A program made the position numbers and the translations under genes. From Felis catus (Eukaryota), in contig NC_058369.1 of assembly GCF_018350175.1 (NCBI RefSeq), forward strand, positions 5,022,001 through 5,086,000: 64,000 bases of DNA, read 5' to 3'. The notes beneath the pieces were generated by a model. The model was not told where the DNA came from. It saw only the letters and a list, made by a program, of their open reading frames with translations, and made no database searches. Shown here in pieces: positions 43,451-56,965 of this stretch; position 1 is the first letter of the stretch, and the number at the start of each line of letters is the position of its first letter.

Positions 43451-44979
43451 TCTCCAACATAATACCATTTTCAAGGACAATAAAACGTCACATTTTGTAG
43501 AAATGTCAGCAAACAGCAATTTTGCCTTTGCAGATTCTTACATTTTGGAGCCCATACGCTTTGTTATTCTTGTGGCCAAATTTAGGTCTCTGACATGTTG
43601 GGGCTCCCTTGATATTGTGCAGGCCTCAGGCTCTGTGTGTCTGGAGTCTGGTGGAGAAAACCTGCTCTGGGTGGGAGGGAAGCAGGCGGTCTGCTTCTCA
43701 CTGCCTCCACCCCTAAGGTCTCCTGCGCCTGGCTGTGCAGGGAAGTAGCACCAGGATTCTCGTTTCCTGAGTCAGCAAGGCTGAGGGCCAGAACCGGGCA
43801 GGAAGTTCCCAGACCTGCCCCAGGTGGCTTTAGGGGTGGGGAGCTGGGCAGGGAGCTGGCTCCAGGTGCTGCATACCTGAAACGCCAGGTGTGCCTCCTG
43901 GATGCCTGTGTACTTCCTGTTTGTCAGCTGGGCCAGGCCAGCCTCTGTCTCGACTCCCCTAGCCTCAGCTCCCTCTATCTTGTGCCCTCTTTAGTGGGCA
44001 TGCAGGTGGGTCACCGACAAGGCTCTGGCTAGTTTGGTGGAGGGGAGCTGGGATGAGGGAGGAGCTCAGGGTGGGCACAGGTCAGACTCAGGCCGACTAA
44101 GTCATCCTCCTGCCCTTCATCCTTTGGAATAATTTCTGGATATTTGGGCAGGGGAGAGAAGGGAGCAGAATCAGGAAGAGGGTGGGGTAGGGTCAACCAT
44201 GGGGAAGGGAAGAGGGTTATTCATGCCCTACAGACCACGCCCGTGTGCACACATATGCAGGGGGGCAGCCCCCTACACACAGACACATGGACACAGATAG
44301 ACATGGGTAGTCAAACTTGACATGGAGCAAACGCTGATTGGCTGAGCACTTACTGTGTTCAGGACCTGTTCTAGACCCGGGAGATACAGTGATGAATGTG
44401 ACTAAGGCCCTGCCCGGTGCTGCCTCGTGGGCAAGTCACACAGCAAACAGCACACAAATGAATGAAGAAGACAATGTCTAAGAATAATCACTGAAGACGA
44501 TAAAACAGGAGCGTGGGATAAAGAAGGTTGGAGGAGGCAGCTACTGTAAATAGTGTATAATCAGGCAGCTTTCTCCCTCCACGGAGGGACTTTGGAGCTG
44601 AGATCTCAGTAAAGGGAAGGAGACAGTTACACAAAGGTTTGGAAAAAGGGCAGTCAAGGTGGCGGGGGGCCGGGAGAGCGGGTGCAAAGGCCTGGGGGTG
44701 AGATGGAGCTTACTTCTAACATTTTACACCATCAAGGAGGCCACTGTGGCTGAAACGCACTGAGCAACCAGCTAAGTGGAGAGCGGCGAGGTCGACAGGC
44801 GTGAGACCATTCTGGTGGACCCGGAGTTTTCATCTTAGTGGGATGCAATGGGGGTTAAAGAAGGGTTTTAAATGAGAGAGGGCGCGATCTGGTTTGTGCT
44901 TTAAAAAGATTGCTCAGGCAAAGTGGCAGCCTGGAGGCTTTCCGTGTTCCACAGGTAACACGCTTAGAGGAGCACTTTC

Positions 44980-45750
44980 AGGTACGTCCAGGTACACGGT
45001 CACGCGTGACGCACAGCGACCCAATCAGGCACTCGGCGACCCCTTCTATGTCCTCGGCTGCTCGGGGACCGACACCCCGACCTTCCCTTCCGGCCGGGGG
45101 CCCCACCTGGAAAAGAGAGGACTCTTCCACCCCAATAATCCCCTGATTCCGGATGTACCTGCGTCCCCTCACTCACCTGGGCCGGGACCCGCGGAGCTGG
45201 CGAGAGGCTGGGGCCGGGGCGAAGCCTAAAGCTCTGCGGCTCTGGGCCCCTCCCTCCCCGCCCCAGCGGGCCCAACCTTCTCCGGCCGCGCCCGGCGGGA
45301 ACCGAGCCCATTCACCTGGCCCCGCCCCCGAGGACCCCGCCTCCAACGGTAGCCTTCCAGGCTCTGGCCCCGCCCCCGCGCCCCGTCCCACCCCTTCAGA
45401 GGCGTTCTTGGCGCTAACCACGCCCCCTTCGGAGAGAACCTTGCTCCCATAAACCACGCCCCCTTGGGAAACGCCGTCCACCGCTTCCAGGAGGCCCCGC
45501 CGCCTGGGGTGTCGCTCCGCCCCCAGGAGCTGGCCACGCCCACACGCTCTTTTTCCCTCTCTCAGTCCCGCCCCTTTGAGCTCCGCTCCTCTCTTCCCCG
45601 CAAGGCTGGTCCCAAGCATCCCTGACCCCTAGGGACGTGGTAAGGGGTGTCTCTCTCCTCGCCTCCCAGGGGCCCGCGGGGGGACAGGCCGTCCCTTTAC
45701 CGGCTCACTCTAGGCGCGGGGGCGACGGGTGCTGTGACGTAGAGAGAGGT
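44980..45750 (-). promoter_or_regulatory. SH2D3A CpG-island promoter and probable non-coding exon 1 (donor at 45177/45176)
   Basis: CpG-rich with many GC/KLF boxes (ccccgccc, ccacgccc). Strong minus-strand donor CCCAG|GTGAGTGA, which would splice to the acceptor at 41508. Confidence 0.7.
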
Positions 45751-46624
45751 GCGCTTCCTCCAGACCGTCCCCCTGGGTTTCCCGGAAGGGAACTCCAGTG
45801 GGTGTCGGGCTTTGTGGAGAGAGATGCGGGAAAACACGACAGCCTCCACCAGTAACAGCACGAGGGGAGAGGAGCTCGACTCTGGGGGCTCATGGGGGGG
45901 AGACGTTCAGGTGGTTTCCCTGGTGGGAGGAAGGAGGTGGGAGGGGGGCTTCCATCGTGATGCTTGGAGCAAGCACGGAAAGATTTGGAACAAGAGGAAG
46001 GACGCTCTAGCCACGTTTATTGAGAGCTCACAATAATAGCAGTTTTGAAAGCACTAGCCGCAACTAACACTTACTGAGCGCTTACTGTATGCCAGGACTG
46101 TTCTGCTTGCCTGACCTGCTTCAACGCATTTAATTTTCACATAGACCTGTCAGTGAAGGAGGTACTAATTTTCCTCACCCCCATTTTCCAGATGCAGAAA
46201 CTGAGGCGCGAGGCAGCCAAGCCATTTGCCCAGGTTGACCCGGCTTGCGAGTGGCGGAGGTGGGATTCATACCCCGAGCCCTGGAGCGCCATCCTGTCCT
46301 CCTCGCTTTCATCCGTGCAGCTCAGCCCCACCATCTCTGATCCCTACCATAATTCTAAACGGTGAAGGTTACCATCACCCATTTTACAGATGAGGAAATT
46401 GAGTCGTAGAGCGCCAAGGACGCTTGGGGATGAAAAGTTTCGGTGCCTGCGGGATCGCAAAGCTGGTGATTTCCAGGCTTGGCTTCCCCCTCAGCGAAAT
46501 GTGGAAGAGACTCGAGGCTGCGGAGGAGGAGCTGAGGGGAGTGTTTTTTTCCTTGACCCCCTCCCGCCTAGTTTCGGTGCAGAGAGTGGAGCGGGGCGGG
46601 GGGTGGTTGTCCAGTGTGGGAGTC

Positions 46625-46643
46625 TAGCGCCCCCTACTGGTTG
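46625..46643 (-). promoter_or_regulatory. CTCF-binding motif
   Basis: Minus strand CAACCAGTAGGGGGCGCTA, a near-perfect CTCF core. Confidence 0.75.
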
Positions 46644-47619
46644 GAAGAATTAAAAAAAGAAAATCTGAGGGGCGTGCCTGTGAGATGGGCGGGAGAGGGG
46701 AGTCGAGTTTACTCAGAGAGACCTTGTAGACGAGATGTTTTCAGGTAGAGATAAGGGCTACGAAGATGGTAAGTGTTTGCTAAACGAATAGACTAACGAA
46801 GAACACCATCGATGTCTACAAGGAAAAAGATGGTGGGGGCCGGGGCCATGGCAGTATATGGATGAGCTTGGGATAAACGTCAGAGGTGGAGCCAAAAAAA
46901 AGAAAAAAAGAAAAAAAGCTTCCGTGGGAACAAATGAGACACATTTCTAAATAGGCAACAAAGAAACAAGTGTATAAAATGTCAGGTTTGTCGGATGGTG
47001 GTCAGGGAAAGAAAGGCTGTGATTTAAAATGGAGAGATTTGGGAAGATTTCCTAAGAGGGTGACGTGGAGTAAAGAACTGCTGGAGGTGAGGGAGCTAGC
47101 CATGAAGTTGCTTGCCTAAGGCAGGGGGGAGCAGCATGTGCAAAGGCCCTGTGGCAGGATTTGGAGGCGAAATTCTGCGGTGGCCTCATGTGTTGGAGAA
47201 ACAGTGAGGAGGCCTGCGTGGCCGGGGCAGGCTGAGTGAGGGAAAGTGGTGAGTGGGAGACATGAGGGCAAGGAGGGGTACGGGGATGTGTCATGTGGGG
47301 CCTCGTTGGCTGCAAGGAGGTGGGCTGTAAGAACGGGGGCATCACGACTTGACCCGGGTGCTCACAGGTGTGCTCCTCTGTGGGGAGGATAGACTGTGTG
47401 TGTGTGTGGGGGGGGGGCAGGTGGGGAGCCTGGGGACCAGGGTGGAGGGGGAATGTGTTGATTCAAGCTAGGATGTTGGGGGGCCAAGCCAGAGTGGAGG
47501 CAGAAGAGAGAGGGTTCAGAAGAGAGCAGATTTTGAGTATTTTGCCCCAGGGGGGTACTGCTCGTGGGTTGGATGTGGCGGAAGGCATCAGGCCTCAGGA
47601 GCTCCAGCAGCAGCCCCCC

Positions 47620-47846
47620 ACTCCTAGGTGCGCTGTGTTGAGCGGGAAAAGAGTCCTCCTGTACAGGGGAGGTCGGACTGCTGATGCTCCCGCCTCTCCC
47701 CGCCCCGCCCCCCCCATGGCTCCTCCTCCTCTACCCCCTCCGGGGCGACAGTTACAGGCAAAGAGGAAGTGGTAGCCGGCTAGCATAGGCAGGCAGGCAG
47801 GCGGTGGAGGCCGCGAGGGCGCGGGCCGCCCGGCGAGGCAGCAACC
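47620..47846 (+). promoter_or_regulatory. VAV1 TATA-less haematopoietic promoter
   Basis: E2F-like GCGGGAAAA 47642-47650, GC boxes ~47699-47710, Myb CAGTTA 47749-47754, PU.1/ETS AAAGAGGAAGTG 47760-47771. Confidence 0.8.
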
Positions 47847-48050
47847 ATGGAGCTGTGGCGCCAGTGCACCCACTGGCTGATCCAGTGCCGGGTGCTGCCC
47901 CCCAGCCACCGCGTGACCTGGGATGGGGCCCAGGTGTGCGAGCTGGCACAGGCCCTGCGGGATGGCGTCCTTCTGTGCCAGCTGCTCAACAACCTGCTGC
48001 CCCACGCCATCAACCTGCGTGAGGTCAACCTGCGCCCCCAGATGTCTCAG
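47847..48050 (+). CDS. VAV1: Proto-oncogene vav, exon 1 (CH domain start); intron 1 runs to the window end
   Basis: [68 protein letters not shown] (204 nt), Kozak accATGG, donor CAG|GTGAGC. Confidence 0.98.
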
Positions 48051-51000
48051 GTGAGCCAAGGGCTGGGAGTGGGGGGGGTGCACCCTGGGCGGGCACCGGG
48101 AGGGGTAAGGCACTGAAACTCTGGGCTTGTGACGTGGAAGGGAATATATTCCCAGCTCTGGGGCTGGCGTGGAGGGGAGGATGGGGGGCGGCTGGAGGGG
48201 GCGGTAAACTCTGAGATTCTGGGGTATCTCACCCAAGGTTAACAGGAGTGGGTTAACAGGCTCTGAGTTAGTGCACGTCCAGGCTGAGAACTAGCAAACT
48301 CGGGGTTAACGCTCTCGGGTCCCGGACTGAGTCCACTGAGGTTCAAGCCCCAGGTGGGGCTGTGTGGGGGTTATTGAGGGACACCTGGGAACCCCCAGGT
48401 GTCCAATGGGGTGCCTGAGGTTTTGGCCTCCTTTGACATCCCCCCCACTTCTGCCTATGGGGGAGGGGCCTCCACCAACTTCTTCCCCCACATGTGTCTC
48501 CTCCTCCCGGGCCTGGGCCCCTTCCTTCCCCTCACATCTTCTTCCCCTTCGCTTCCTGCCTGGGCCTGGGGCGTGTGGGGCGCATGGGGTGGGTGGGGGG
48601 CTGTGGGCCCCTGGGCTCTGGTCTTCCTAGCTCTCTCCATCCCTAGGTAGCATTGAGAAAAGCCCCTGGTCCTGAGCCCGAGAGTGGATCCTGGGGTCTT
48701 GGAGCCTGGAAACAGCTGCCCTTTCTCTGTAGGGCTTTCTGCACGGGCCCAGGTCCGGGGAGGGTGGATGGACTGAGCTGGCCCTGCCAGGCTCAGGAAA
48801 CGTATTCAAATCCCTATTTGAATGTGGTGGGGGTGGAGGAGATAACGTGACTGGGGCCACTGTCTGTAGCACCTTCTCTGGGCCGCTGTGGTCTCCTGGG
48901 TGCAGGGTGGAGGCCGTGCGTGCTGGGGTCTGGGGGCTCTGGTTGCCTCACCTGCCCTGGGAGTCTGAGGGGACCCTGGCCTCTGGCCCTCAGGCTCCAC
49001 TCTGGAATGAAAGCTTTGTGCCGGGATCTGCGCATTGTTTCATTGTTCTGGGTTCTGGGGCCTTTTCTCTGGTCCGAGAGGCCATGTGCCTGTGCTAGGG
49101 GACTGGGCCCATGGCGGGGGAGGAGGGGGGGGTCCCTGGGGGCATTCCCCGGGGACAGGGCCATGGGGTGGGAGAGGTGGGTGGCCCACCCTCCTTAGCC
49201 TAGGCAGGGCTTCCTGTAAGGGTGAGGGAACTCCTGAGGCCCAGCCCCTCTGGCCACAGGCCATCCCAGATTTGCCTACATTTGCTTACCTCCCAGCTTC
49301 CAGCCAAACGTCGTCCCGTCTGGCCCCAGGCTGGCAGGCAGTCAGGGTCCCCAGTGAGGCTCTAACAACAGCTAATCAGGAAGTGGGTAGACTTGAGCAT
49401 GAACTTCCACCCCTGCCTGCATCTAGCCTACAGCTGGTTCCCCAAGGAAGGGCACGGGGACGTGGAGTTACTATCTAGGAGGGAGGCTGTGGGGGGCTGC
49501 AGGGATACAGCTTCTGTCTTTGTGCCGGGCCGTGCGGAGGACCCAGGCGTGGCCTTCCGGGTGCTCCCAGGCTGGGAGACACAGACACCCCTAGCCCTGT
49601 GTTGTCAGGACTGGGACAGACGGAGAAACCTCTGGGCTGGGGGCCCTTGAGGCAAAGGCAAGACATTGCCGGGTGATGTCAGGCTTTATACAAGAGGGGA
49701 CATTTGTGTGATGTTTTGCAGCATGAGTAGGAGTTCTCTCATTGCTCTGGCTTCCTGTGCCCAGCTGTGTCAGGCCCCAGGCTGCACAAGGGGGTCCCCC
49801 GATCCTCCCCATCTGGAGCTCTGTGCCTTCCTGCCCCTGCTCCTCTCGTCTCCCCTCGAAGCTCAGCCCTGTGCGCTGTTCCGAGCAGGGATGTGTGCAG
49901 GAAGCTAAAAGGGGGCTCCAGTGAGGTGGAGGGAGGTGAGGTGCCACATGAATAGAGCAGGGCCCCGTCTGTCAACTGATATAAGCTGGGGATGTGGACT
50001 GCCTGTTTGGGATACAGAAGGGCGAAGGGCAGAGGGAGAAACGGGGAGGGGTGGGGATGCTCCTGGGCTGAGCGGCTGGCTGGAATTTGGATACTTCGTT
50101 TCTCTCTTTTCCTCTTCACAGTTACTCTGCTTTTTCTCGGTTGTTTCCAGGGAAGAGGGCTGGAAGAGGGCATTCACTCATCACCAGTTACGATGTATGT
50201 CAGGCCTCTTCTTGGTGCTGAGACGGTGGGAAGGACACACACACAGAGCCCTGTCGCTGGGGAGCCCGAATTGCAGTGGGCGAGACCGACAATGTCTAAC
50301 TTGTGGGGAGGGGAGGGACAAAACAAAGCAGCGGAGGGAGCGCGGGAGTGTGCGGGTCACGCTTTTGAATAGGGGGTCCCGGAAGCCTCGCTGGTAAGGT
50401 GACATTTGAGCAGAGCCCTGGGGAAAGTGAGGGAATGAGCCTTGTGAATTCAGGGACACAGTGCTCCTGGCAGGGGGTGCGGCCAGTGCAAAGGCCCTGA
50501 GGTGAGAGCTTGTGGGTGCCCACAGAGTCTGGTGGGAGTGGTTCATGACTGAGGTTGGACCAGGGGGAGTCTCTAAGCTGGATGGTCCCTCTGAGACCTG
50601 AGATCTGAGGCTGGATGGTCCCTCTGAGATCTGATATCCTCACAGACGGCACACTGAGCCACAGACAGCCTAACTCAGCTCCTTCCTCTGGGAGTCTGAG
50701 TGGCAGAGGTGAAAGTGTAAGGCCAAGGGACTGGGGAGGGAGGGATGAATGTGACAGTCATTGTGGGAAAGACCCGCCAGGGCGTGGGAGCTGATTAGAC
50801 CTGGCAGGGACAGGCGCTGGGCCCTGGATGATGTCAAGGTCCCCAGCCTGTGAATGCCCTGGTCACTGGCAAGGCAGTGGAGAGGGCAGGAGAGTTAGAA
50901 CAGGGCCTCAGCTCGAGGGAGGTGGCTCTGAGGGGCCAGAGTTCAAATTCTGATGCACCACTTCCTGGCTTCGCCTCTCTGAGCCTCAGTTTCCCCATCT

Positions 51001-51155
51001 GTGAAACATGGGTACAAATGGCACCTTTATTGGGAGGACGGTTGTACTATTTCAGCACTGCTTAGCACGGTCTGTGACACCTGAAAACGCCTGGTAAACT
51101 GTCTAAGAAGGACGGGGGGTAGCAGGAGGGTGGGTAGCAGGAATTTGGGTTGGGG

Positions 51156-51556
51156 TAGTATTTCTCAGCTGGTGTGATTTTGCCCCCCCAAAATGCCCCA
51201 AATGCCCCCGGGGCATTTGGCAATGTCTGGACACGTTTTTGGCCCCATCATATCTGGGAGATGCTACTGAAATGTAGTGGGTAGGTATCAGGGATGCTGC
51301 TCAGTATCCGACACAGCAGAGAATGATCTCCCCAAACATCAATAGTGCTGAGGTTGAGGGGCGCCTGGGTGGCTCAGTCGGTTGAGCATCCGACTTTTGA
51401 TTTCGGCTCAGGTCGAAATTCCAGGGTTGGGGGATCGAGCCCCACGTCCACTCAGTGTGGAGCCTGCTTGAGATTCTCTCTTTCTCTCTTTTTCTCTCTC
51501 TCTCTCTCTCAAATTAAAAAACAATTGAAAATAGTACCAAGGTTGAGAAATCCTAT
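51156..51556 (+). mobile_element. MER20 with nested SINEC (51358-51529)
   Basis: MER20 body (tgattttgcccc...catttggcaatgtctgg...gggatgctgct) split by a SINEC with imperfect TSD aatagt(gctg/acca)aggttga. Confidence 0.8.
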
Positions 51557-52018
51557 GCTAGGGGACAGAGAGCCTGCAAAAGTCTTTAAAATATTTGGTT
51601 AAATAATACATTCATATGGTTCAAATATTAAAACACATAAAAAGGTGCACAGGGAAAAGTTTAACTTCTAGTCCTGTCCCTCAGATACCCAGCTCCTTCC
51701 TTTCCTCATAAGTAACTTTTTTCTAAGTTGACTGTATATCCTTCCAGAATTTCTTTCTTGCAAACATAGGCAACTAGAAATGTAGGGTCTGATTTCCTGC
51801 CCTACTCCCTTAACTTGAAAGACGGTACATACAACTGGTTCCTTTATATCTTGCTCTCCTCGCTTTGATAATCGTCTTGGGAATCTTTCCAAATCAATAG
51901 AGAGAGAGTGTCCTCATTCAAAAAAAAAAAAAAAATGACTGTATGATATGCCGGATAATCCATTTGTTAAACAAATTACTTCTGCTGAGCTAACTATGTG
52001 CCAAGCATTAGTCCAAAC

Positions 52019-52243
52019 CAGGGGCCAGCAAACTACAGTCCAACAGCGGAATCTGGACCGCAGCATGTTCTTATAAATAAAGTTTTACTGGCACCCAGCC
52101 ATCCCCACTGATGCATGCATATATCGTCTATGGCCGCTTCCAGCTGCAGCTACGGAGTTGAGCAGTCGCCCCAGAGACTCCTCCCTGTGGAGCTGGAAAT
52201 ATCTACTATACAGAACTTTGTAGAAACAGTTTGCAGATCCCTG
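52019..52243 (+). mobile_element. MER58A (hAT-Charlie) MITE
   Basis: TIRs caggggccagcaaact / agtttgcagatccctg; internal taaataaagttttactgg. Confidence 0.8.
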
Positions 52244-55200
52244 TTCTAAGCACTTTTTACATTTGTTTAATTCTCACAACACCCTGTGAGGTGTGATTAG
52301 CCTCATTTTTCACATGAGTGATGGAGGCACAGAGATGTTGAGTGACCTGCTGCAGGGCACCCAGCTTGGAAGCGGCAGACTTGGGGACTGGAACCGTGGG
52401 CAGCCCGGTCCTGGGGTTCTTGCTGTCCGCAGTCACCCTAAAATGCCCCTGTCCCACTGCTCAGCTGGGTGATCATTTATTTTATCATCCTTTCTCTCAG
52501 CGGACACTTGGGTGGTACCAGGCTTTTGTCATGATACATTTACTGCAGCCATTAACCTTGTCCACGAATCGCTTTTTGCTGACTCCACCCTGTGACCTTG
52601 GGCATGTTGCCCAACCTGTCTGTGCCTCAGTTTCCTCATCTGTAAAATGGGGCTAATAAATCCCTATCTTTAAGCATCGTTGTGACAGGTAATGGATTAC
52701 TCTAAAGAACGTAGAAAAGTCCCTGGCTACATAGAAATCTTACTATTCCTGCCATACACATGAGCAAGTGTATCCATGGCATACGTTCTCAGAAGGCCTT
52801 GCTGGCCCAAAGTGTGTGAGCCTTAGTGTTTCTGGCAGATGTGGCCAAGTTGTTCTCCATACGGGATTGTTCCCCTGTGGACTGTTCTAATTACATTACC
52901 ACTAGCAAAGCATAAGAGTGCTTACTGTCCTTCATCTTGCCACAGACAGTTCTCTTGTCAGGCTTTTGGAGCTTTGCCAACTTAATGGGTGATAAAGCTC
53001 ACTATAGATCAATTTACATTTCTCTTATTCTGAGTGAGGTTGAACCTCTTCCTTTGTCTAAGAGCTATTTCTATTTTCTCTCGGCAAAGTAACATCTGTT
53101 CATTTCATTTGCCCATTATTTTTTTTTTTTTCCTTTCTGGGACCGTTTGCCTTTTTTTCTTATTGATTTTTAGAAACTCTTTACATATTAGGCTGGCTTG
53201 AATTTCAAGTCAGGTACTTACTACCTTTGTGATCTTGAAGGGAAAAAAAAATGTTGCTTAACCTGTCTGAGCCCTGGTTGTCTTATCTCTAAAGTGGGAT
53301 GTGAATAGCACCTTTAAGTCTTGGGTGAGCCTTAAATGTGATGGGTTAAGTTAAATTCCTTATTAATGTGATTGACGTGCTGAATTTAGCAAATGCTAAA
53401 ATGGTGGAGGCACTCTTTTGGTTAATTTGATTTCAATCAGTCTGAGTTGGCTGTACGATGTGGCGTAAGTCAGCGTGTGTGATGTTAGCTGCTGTAACAA
53501 ACTGTTCACTTCGGTGGCAATAACAGTTTACTTCTTGCTCACATATCACAATCCAGTTTGGGTCAACTGGGAGCTTAAGAGGGTGGCTCTTCTTTACAAA
53601 GTCCCTGTAGCACCTGGGCTCTCCCCATCCCATGGCCCTTCTCTCCCTAAAGCCCTTGGGGCTATCTCTATCCCAGAAGGTAGGGGAGAGGAGTGTGAGG
53701 AGGGAACCCATGAGAGGCTGTCATGGGCCAGGCCCAGAAGTGGTGCTGTCGTCTCCATTCTTGTTCCATTGGCCAGAACTCCATCACATGCCCCCCTCCA
53801 ACTGCAAGAGAGGCTGAAAATGGTCTGGCTGGGAGCCAGGGAGGATAGGAAATGGGTTGGGTGGACATAGAAAAGTCAATGTCATAGAACCCCAGAGTGA
53901 TGGCTCGCTGCCTCCAGAGATGCAGGTCTGGAGGCGTTGGCTTGGAGGAGTCCATGGTGGGAAAAGGAATAAGGAGGGCCTGAACCAAAGCCACAGGGGA
54001 GGGATCCAGCTAGGGATGGGGGAAGCCTGGGTGGGAGAAAATTGCAGCAAAGTAGGTTGGGTTGGGTTGACCAGAAGATCTTCTCTGAAAATATCTACTA
54101 CGGCTGATGGGGCTGGAAGTCTGGGAGCGTCAACATTTGGTCTTGTGCCTTCTCTTCTAACGTTTTATTCTGTGTACTGACCTCCTTCTGGGTCTAGTAC
54201 TGGGAAATGTCACCCTTCAGGACTTTCTTTCCTCACTCTATTCCAGCCACAAGAGCCTCTTTGCTGTTCCCAGAACCCACCAAGCCCCATCCAGTCTTAG
54301 GGCCTTTGCATGTCTGTTCTTTCTCTTGTTTTATTTTTTTCCGTAGCACTTACCGCCCTCTGACTTACATAGATTTTACTTGTTTGTTTATTATCCACTT
54401 CCCCCCACTGGATGTCAGGGAAAGGCTTTTTGTCTGTTTGGTTCACAGCTGTGTCCCTGTGCCTAGAACAGCACCTGGCACATAGTAGGTGCTCAATAAA
54501 TATTTACTGACTATTCACTTCATCCATCTATTCATTGTCCCTTTAATACAGGAACAACAAACTATCACTTATCAGGTGGCTGCCTCATTTCAGAAACAAA
54601 ATTTAATTGACACAACAAATCACACATCTATGGACGTTTTGTCCGGGGCTGATTTCGTGATATGACTAGTCATGACAAAGACACGAAGCCAAAAAATGTT
54701 TACTATCTGTCTCTTTACAGAGTTTTCCAATTGATCCCTGATATAATGGGTATTTGTTGAGTGCTTACTTATTACTGGTTAGTGGTAGTGGTTTAGCAGT
54801 GGTTAAGTATGGATTGCTTGGGATCAGTCCAGCTTCTACTAGTTCCTGGTTAGGTGACTTTGGGCAAGTGTCAAGGCCTCTTCTGCCTTTGGTTTTCTCA
54901 TCTATAAAATGGGAAAAATGATGATGATGCTAGTAACAATAATGATGACACCACCCACGTCATAGACATTTCCTTTTATTAGGCCATGTGCAGGATGATA
55001 GAGAATTCCATGATGAACGAGACGCAGACCCTCATGCAGCTCTTTGAAGTAGACCAGGAAATGGGCAGTTACAAAGGAGTGGAGCACAGTCCAGGATGGG
55101 TGGGTGGAGCCCAGGGCATTGTGGGTGCAGAGAGGAGGAAACCCCCAGAAGCAATCAGGGTAAGCCTCCTGGAAGAGGAGACATGCTGATTGAGTGTGGG

Positions 55201-56504
55201 AGGTTGGGGCATATTTGAGGAGCCAAAATAAGTTCTGTTTGTCTCCCTTGTTAACACTAATGGCCAGGAAGTGGGTAGAACCTGAGGCTGTGTTGGGTGG
55301 GCATAGCTGAGCTCCTAAAAACCTCACCACAATGCAGAGATGAACTGTCGACCTTTGATCGCAGGGATGGAGTTCTGAGACCTGGACTTTAGGAGGAACT
55401 TGGGGGTCAGGTCCCCTGGGGAAGAAATAAGGGATGTTCAGTCGGAGAAGTTTGAAATTTGAGGAAATTCTGAGCTCAGTCTGCAGAAATTTTCACCAAG
55501 AGTTTTAGACCTTGTGACAGAAAACCCCACTGAAACTGGCTTAGTAAAACATTGGATTTATTAGCTCCCATAAGTGAAAAGCTTGGGAGAAAACGTCTTC
55601 GGGTCCAGCTGGATCCAGAGGTTCTGACAGTCTCAGGAACCCCTCCCCGCCCCCATCTCTTGGCTCTGCTGTCTATTGAGGGTTTTCCTTCATTCTCGGC
55701 CATTCTTTCCCCTCATCGTGGTGGGCAAGGATGCCCAGCTGCTCCAAACATATTGCCTGCAGTTCTGTGTGCAGTGGAAAATGGCCACTGAAGCCCAGTC
55801 TATGCTTCATTGGACGAGATTTCTTGGCGGGGGCGGGGGTGTGTGTGTCACGTGTCTGTTCCAAACCAATTGTTGCGGTTGGTGGAATACAGTGTTCTGA
55901 TTGGCTGGGTTGAAGTCACACACCCATTCCAGCAGCTGGGGAGGAGGGGTCCCCACCCAAAGGAGCAAGATTAGGAGGAGGGGGCATGGTTCCACAGGGG
56001 ACACCGAGGGTCTGCTGGCAGAAGTAGTGGGGAGTAGATGTCAGGAGGCCCCCCACGTTTATATTGGCTTCAAGTACTAACTTCAGCACAGATCTTCACC
56101 GTTGACATTGGAAGCTGCATCTTTCTGTGTCCTGAGGGCTGCCTTGTGCCTTGCAGGATGTTTGGAGGCATCCCTGACCTCCACCCACCCCATGTAGCAC
56201 CCTCTCCCCTGCAGTTGTGACAACAAAGTGTCTGCAGACAGTGTCCAATGTCAAAGTGTCCAAAACAGAAACTCTGTTTTGGAGGGAGTGAGCTTCCTGT
56301 CTTGGGGAGGGTCCAAAGAGAGGTGCATGAACAATTACTGTCTGAGGACAGTAAAGAAGAGATTGTCAGCTTCTTTGAGTTAGAATAATCATTTATTTTA
56401 GTATCAGCCACAGGCGCTGTGCTGAGTGCAGGGCTTATGGGACAGGACACAACAGATACACTCACTGCTCTCCGGAGTTCATGGCCTTGTGGGGGAGAAG
56501 GGTA

Positions 56505-56965
56505 GTGTACTTGTTTCCTGTGGCTGATCACAAACTGGGTGGCTTAAAATAACAGAAAAATATTGTCTCATGGTTCTGGAGATTAGAGGTCTGAAATCAA
56601 GGTGTGGGCAGGGTCAGGCTCCTTCTGGAGCCTCTTGGGGGCAAACAATTCCTTGCCTCTTCCAGCTTCTGGTGGCTCCAGGCGTTGCTTGGCTCCTGGC
56701 TGTGTCACTCTGTCTTCACAAGCTTGTCTCCCCTGCATCTGTGTATCTGTGGGTCTCCTCTGTGTATCTTGTGTATGGACACTTGTTGGAGGATTTAGTG
56801 CCCCCCTCCCCAGTAATCCAGGATGATCTCATGATCTCAAGATCCTTAACTACATCTTGCAAAGTCCTTTTATTATTATTTTTTTCCTGGATAATGTCAC
56901 ATTCATAGGTTCTATGCATCTGATGTCACATCTTTTGGGGAGGGCCACCATTCAACCCACTATAG
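56505..56965. mobile_element. MLT1 LTR
   Basis: cacaaactgggtggcttaaaataacagaaa...gttctggagattagaggtctgaaatcaaggtg...aatccaggatgatctc...cattcaacccacta. Confidence 0.8.
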
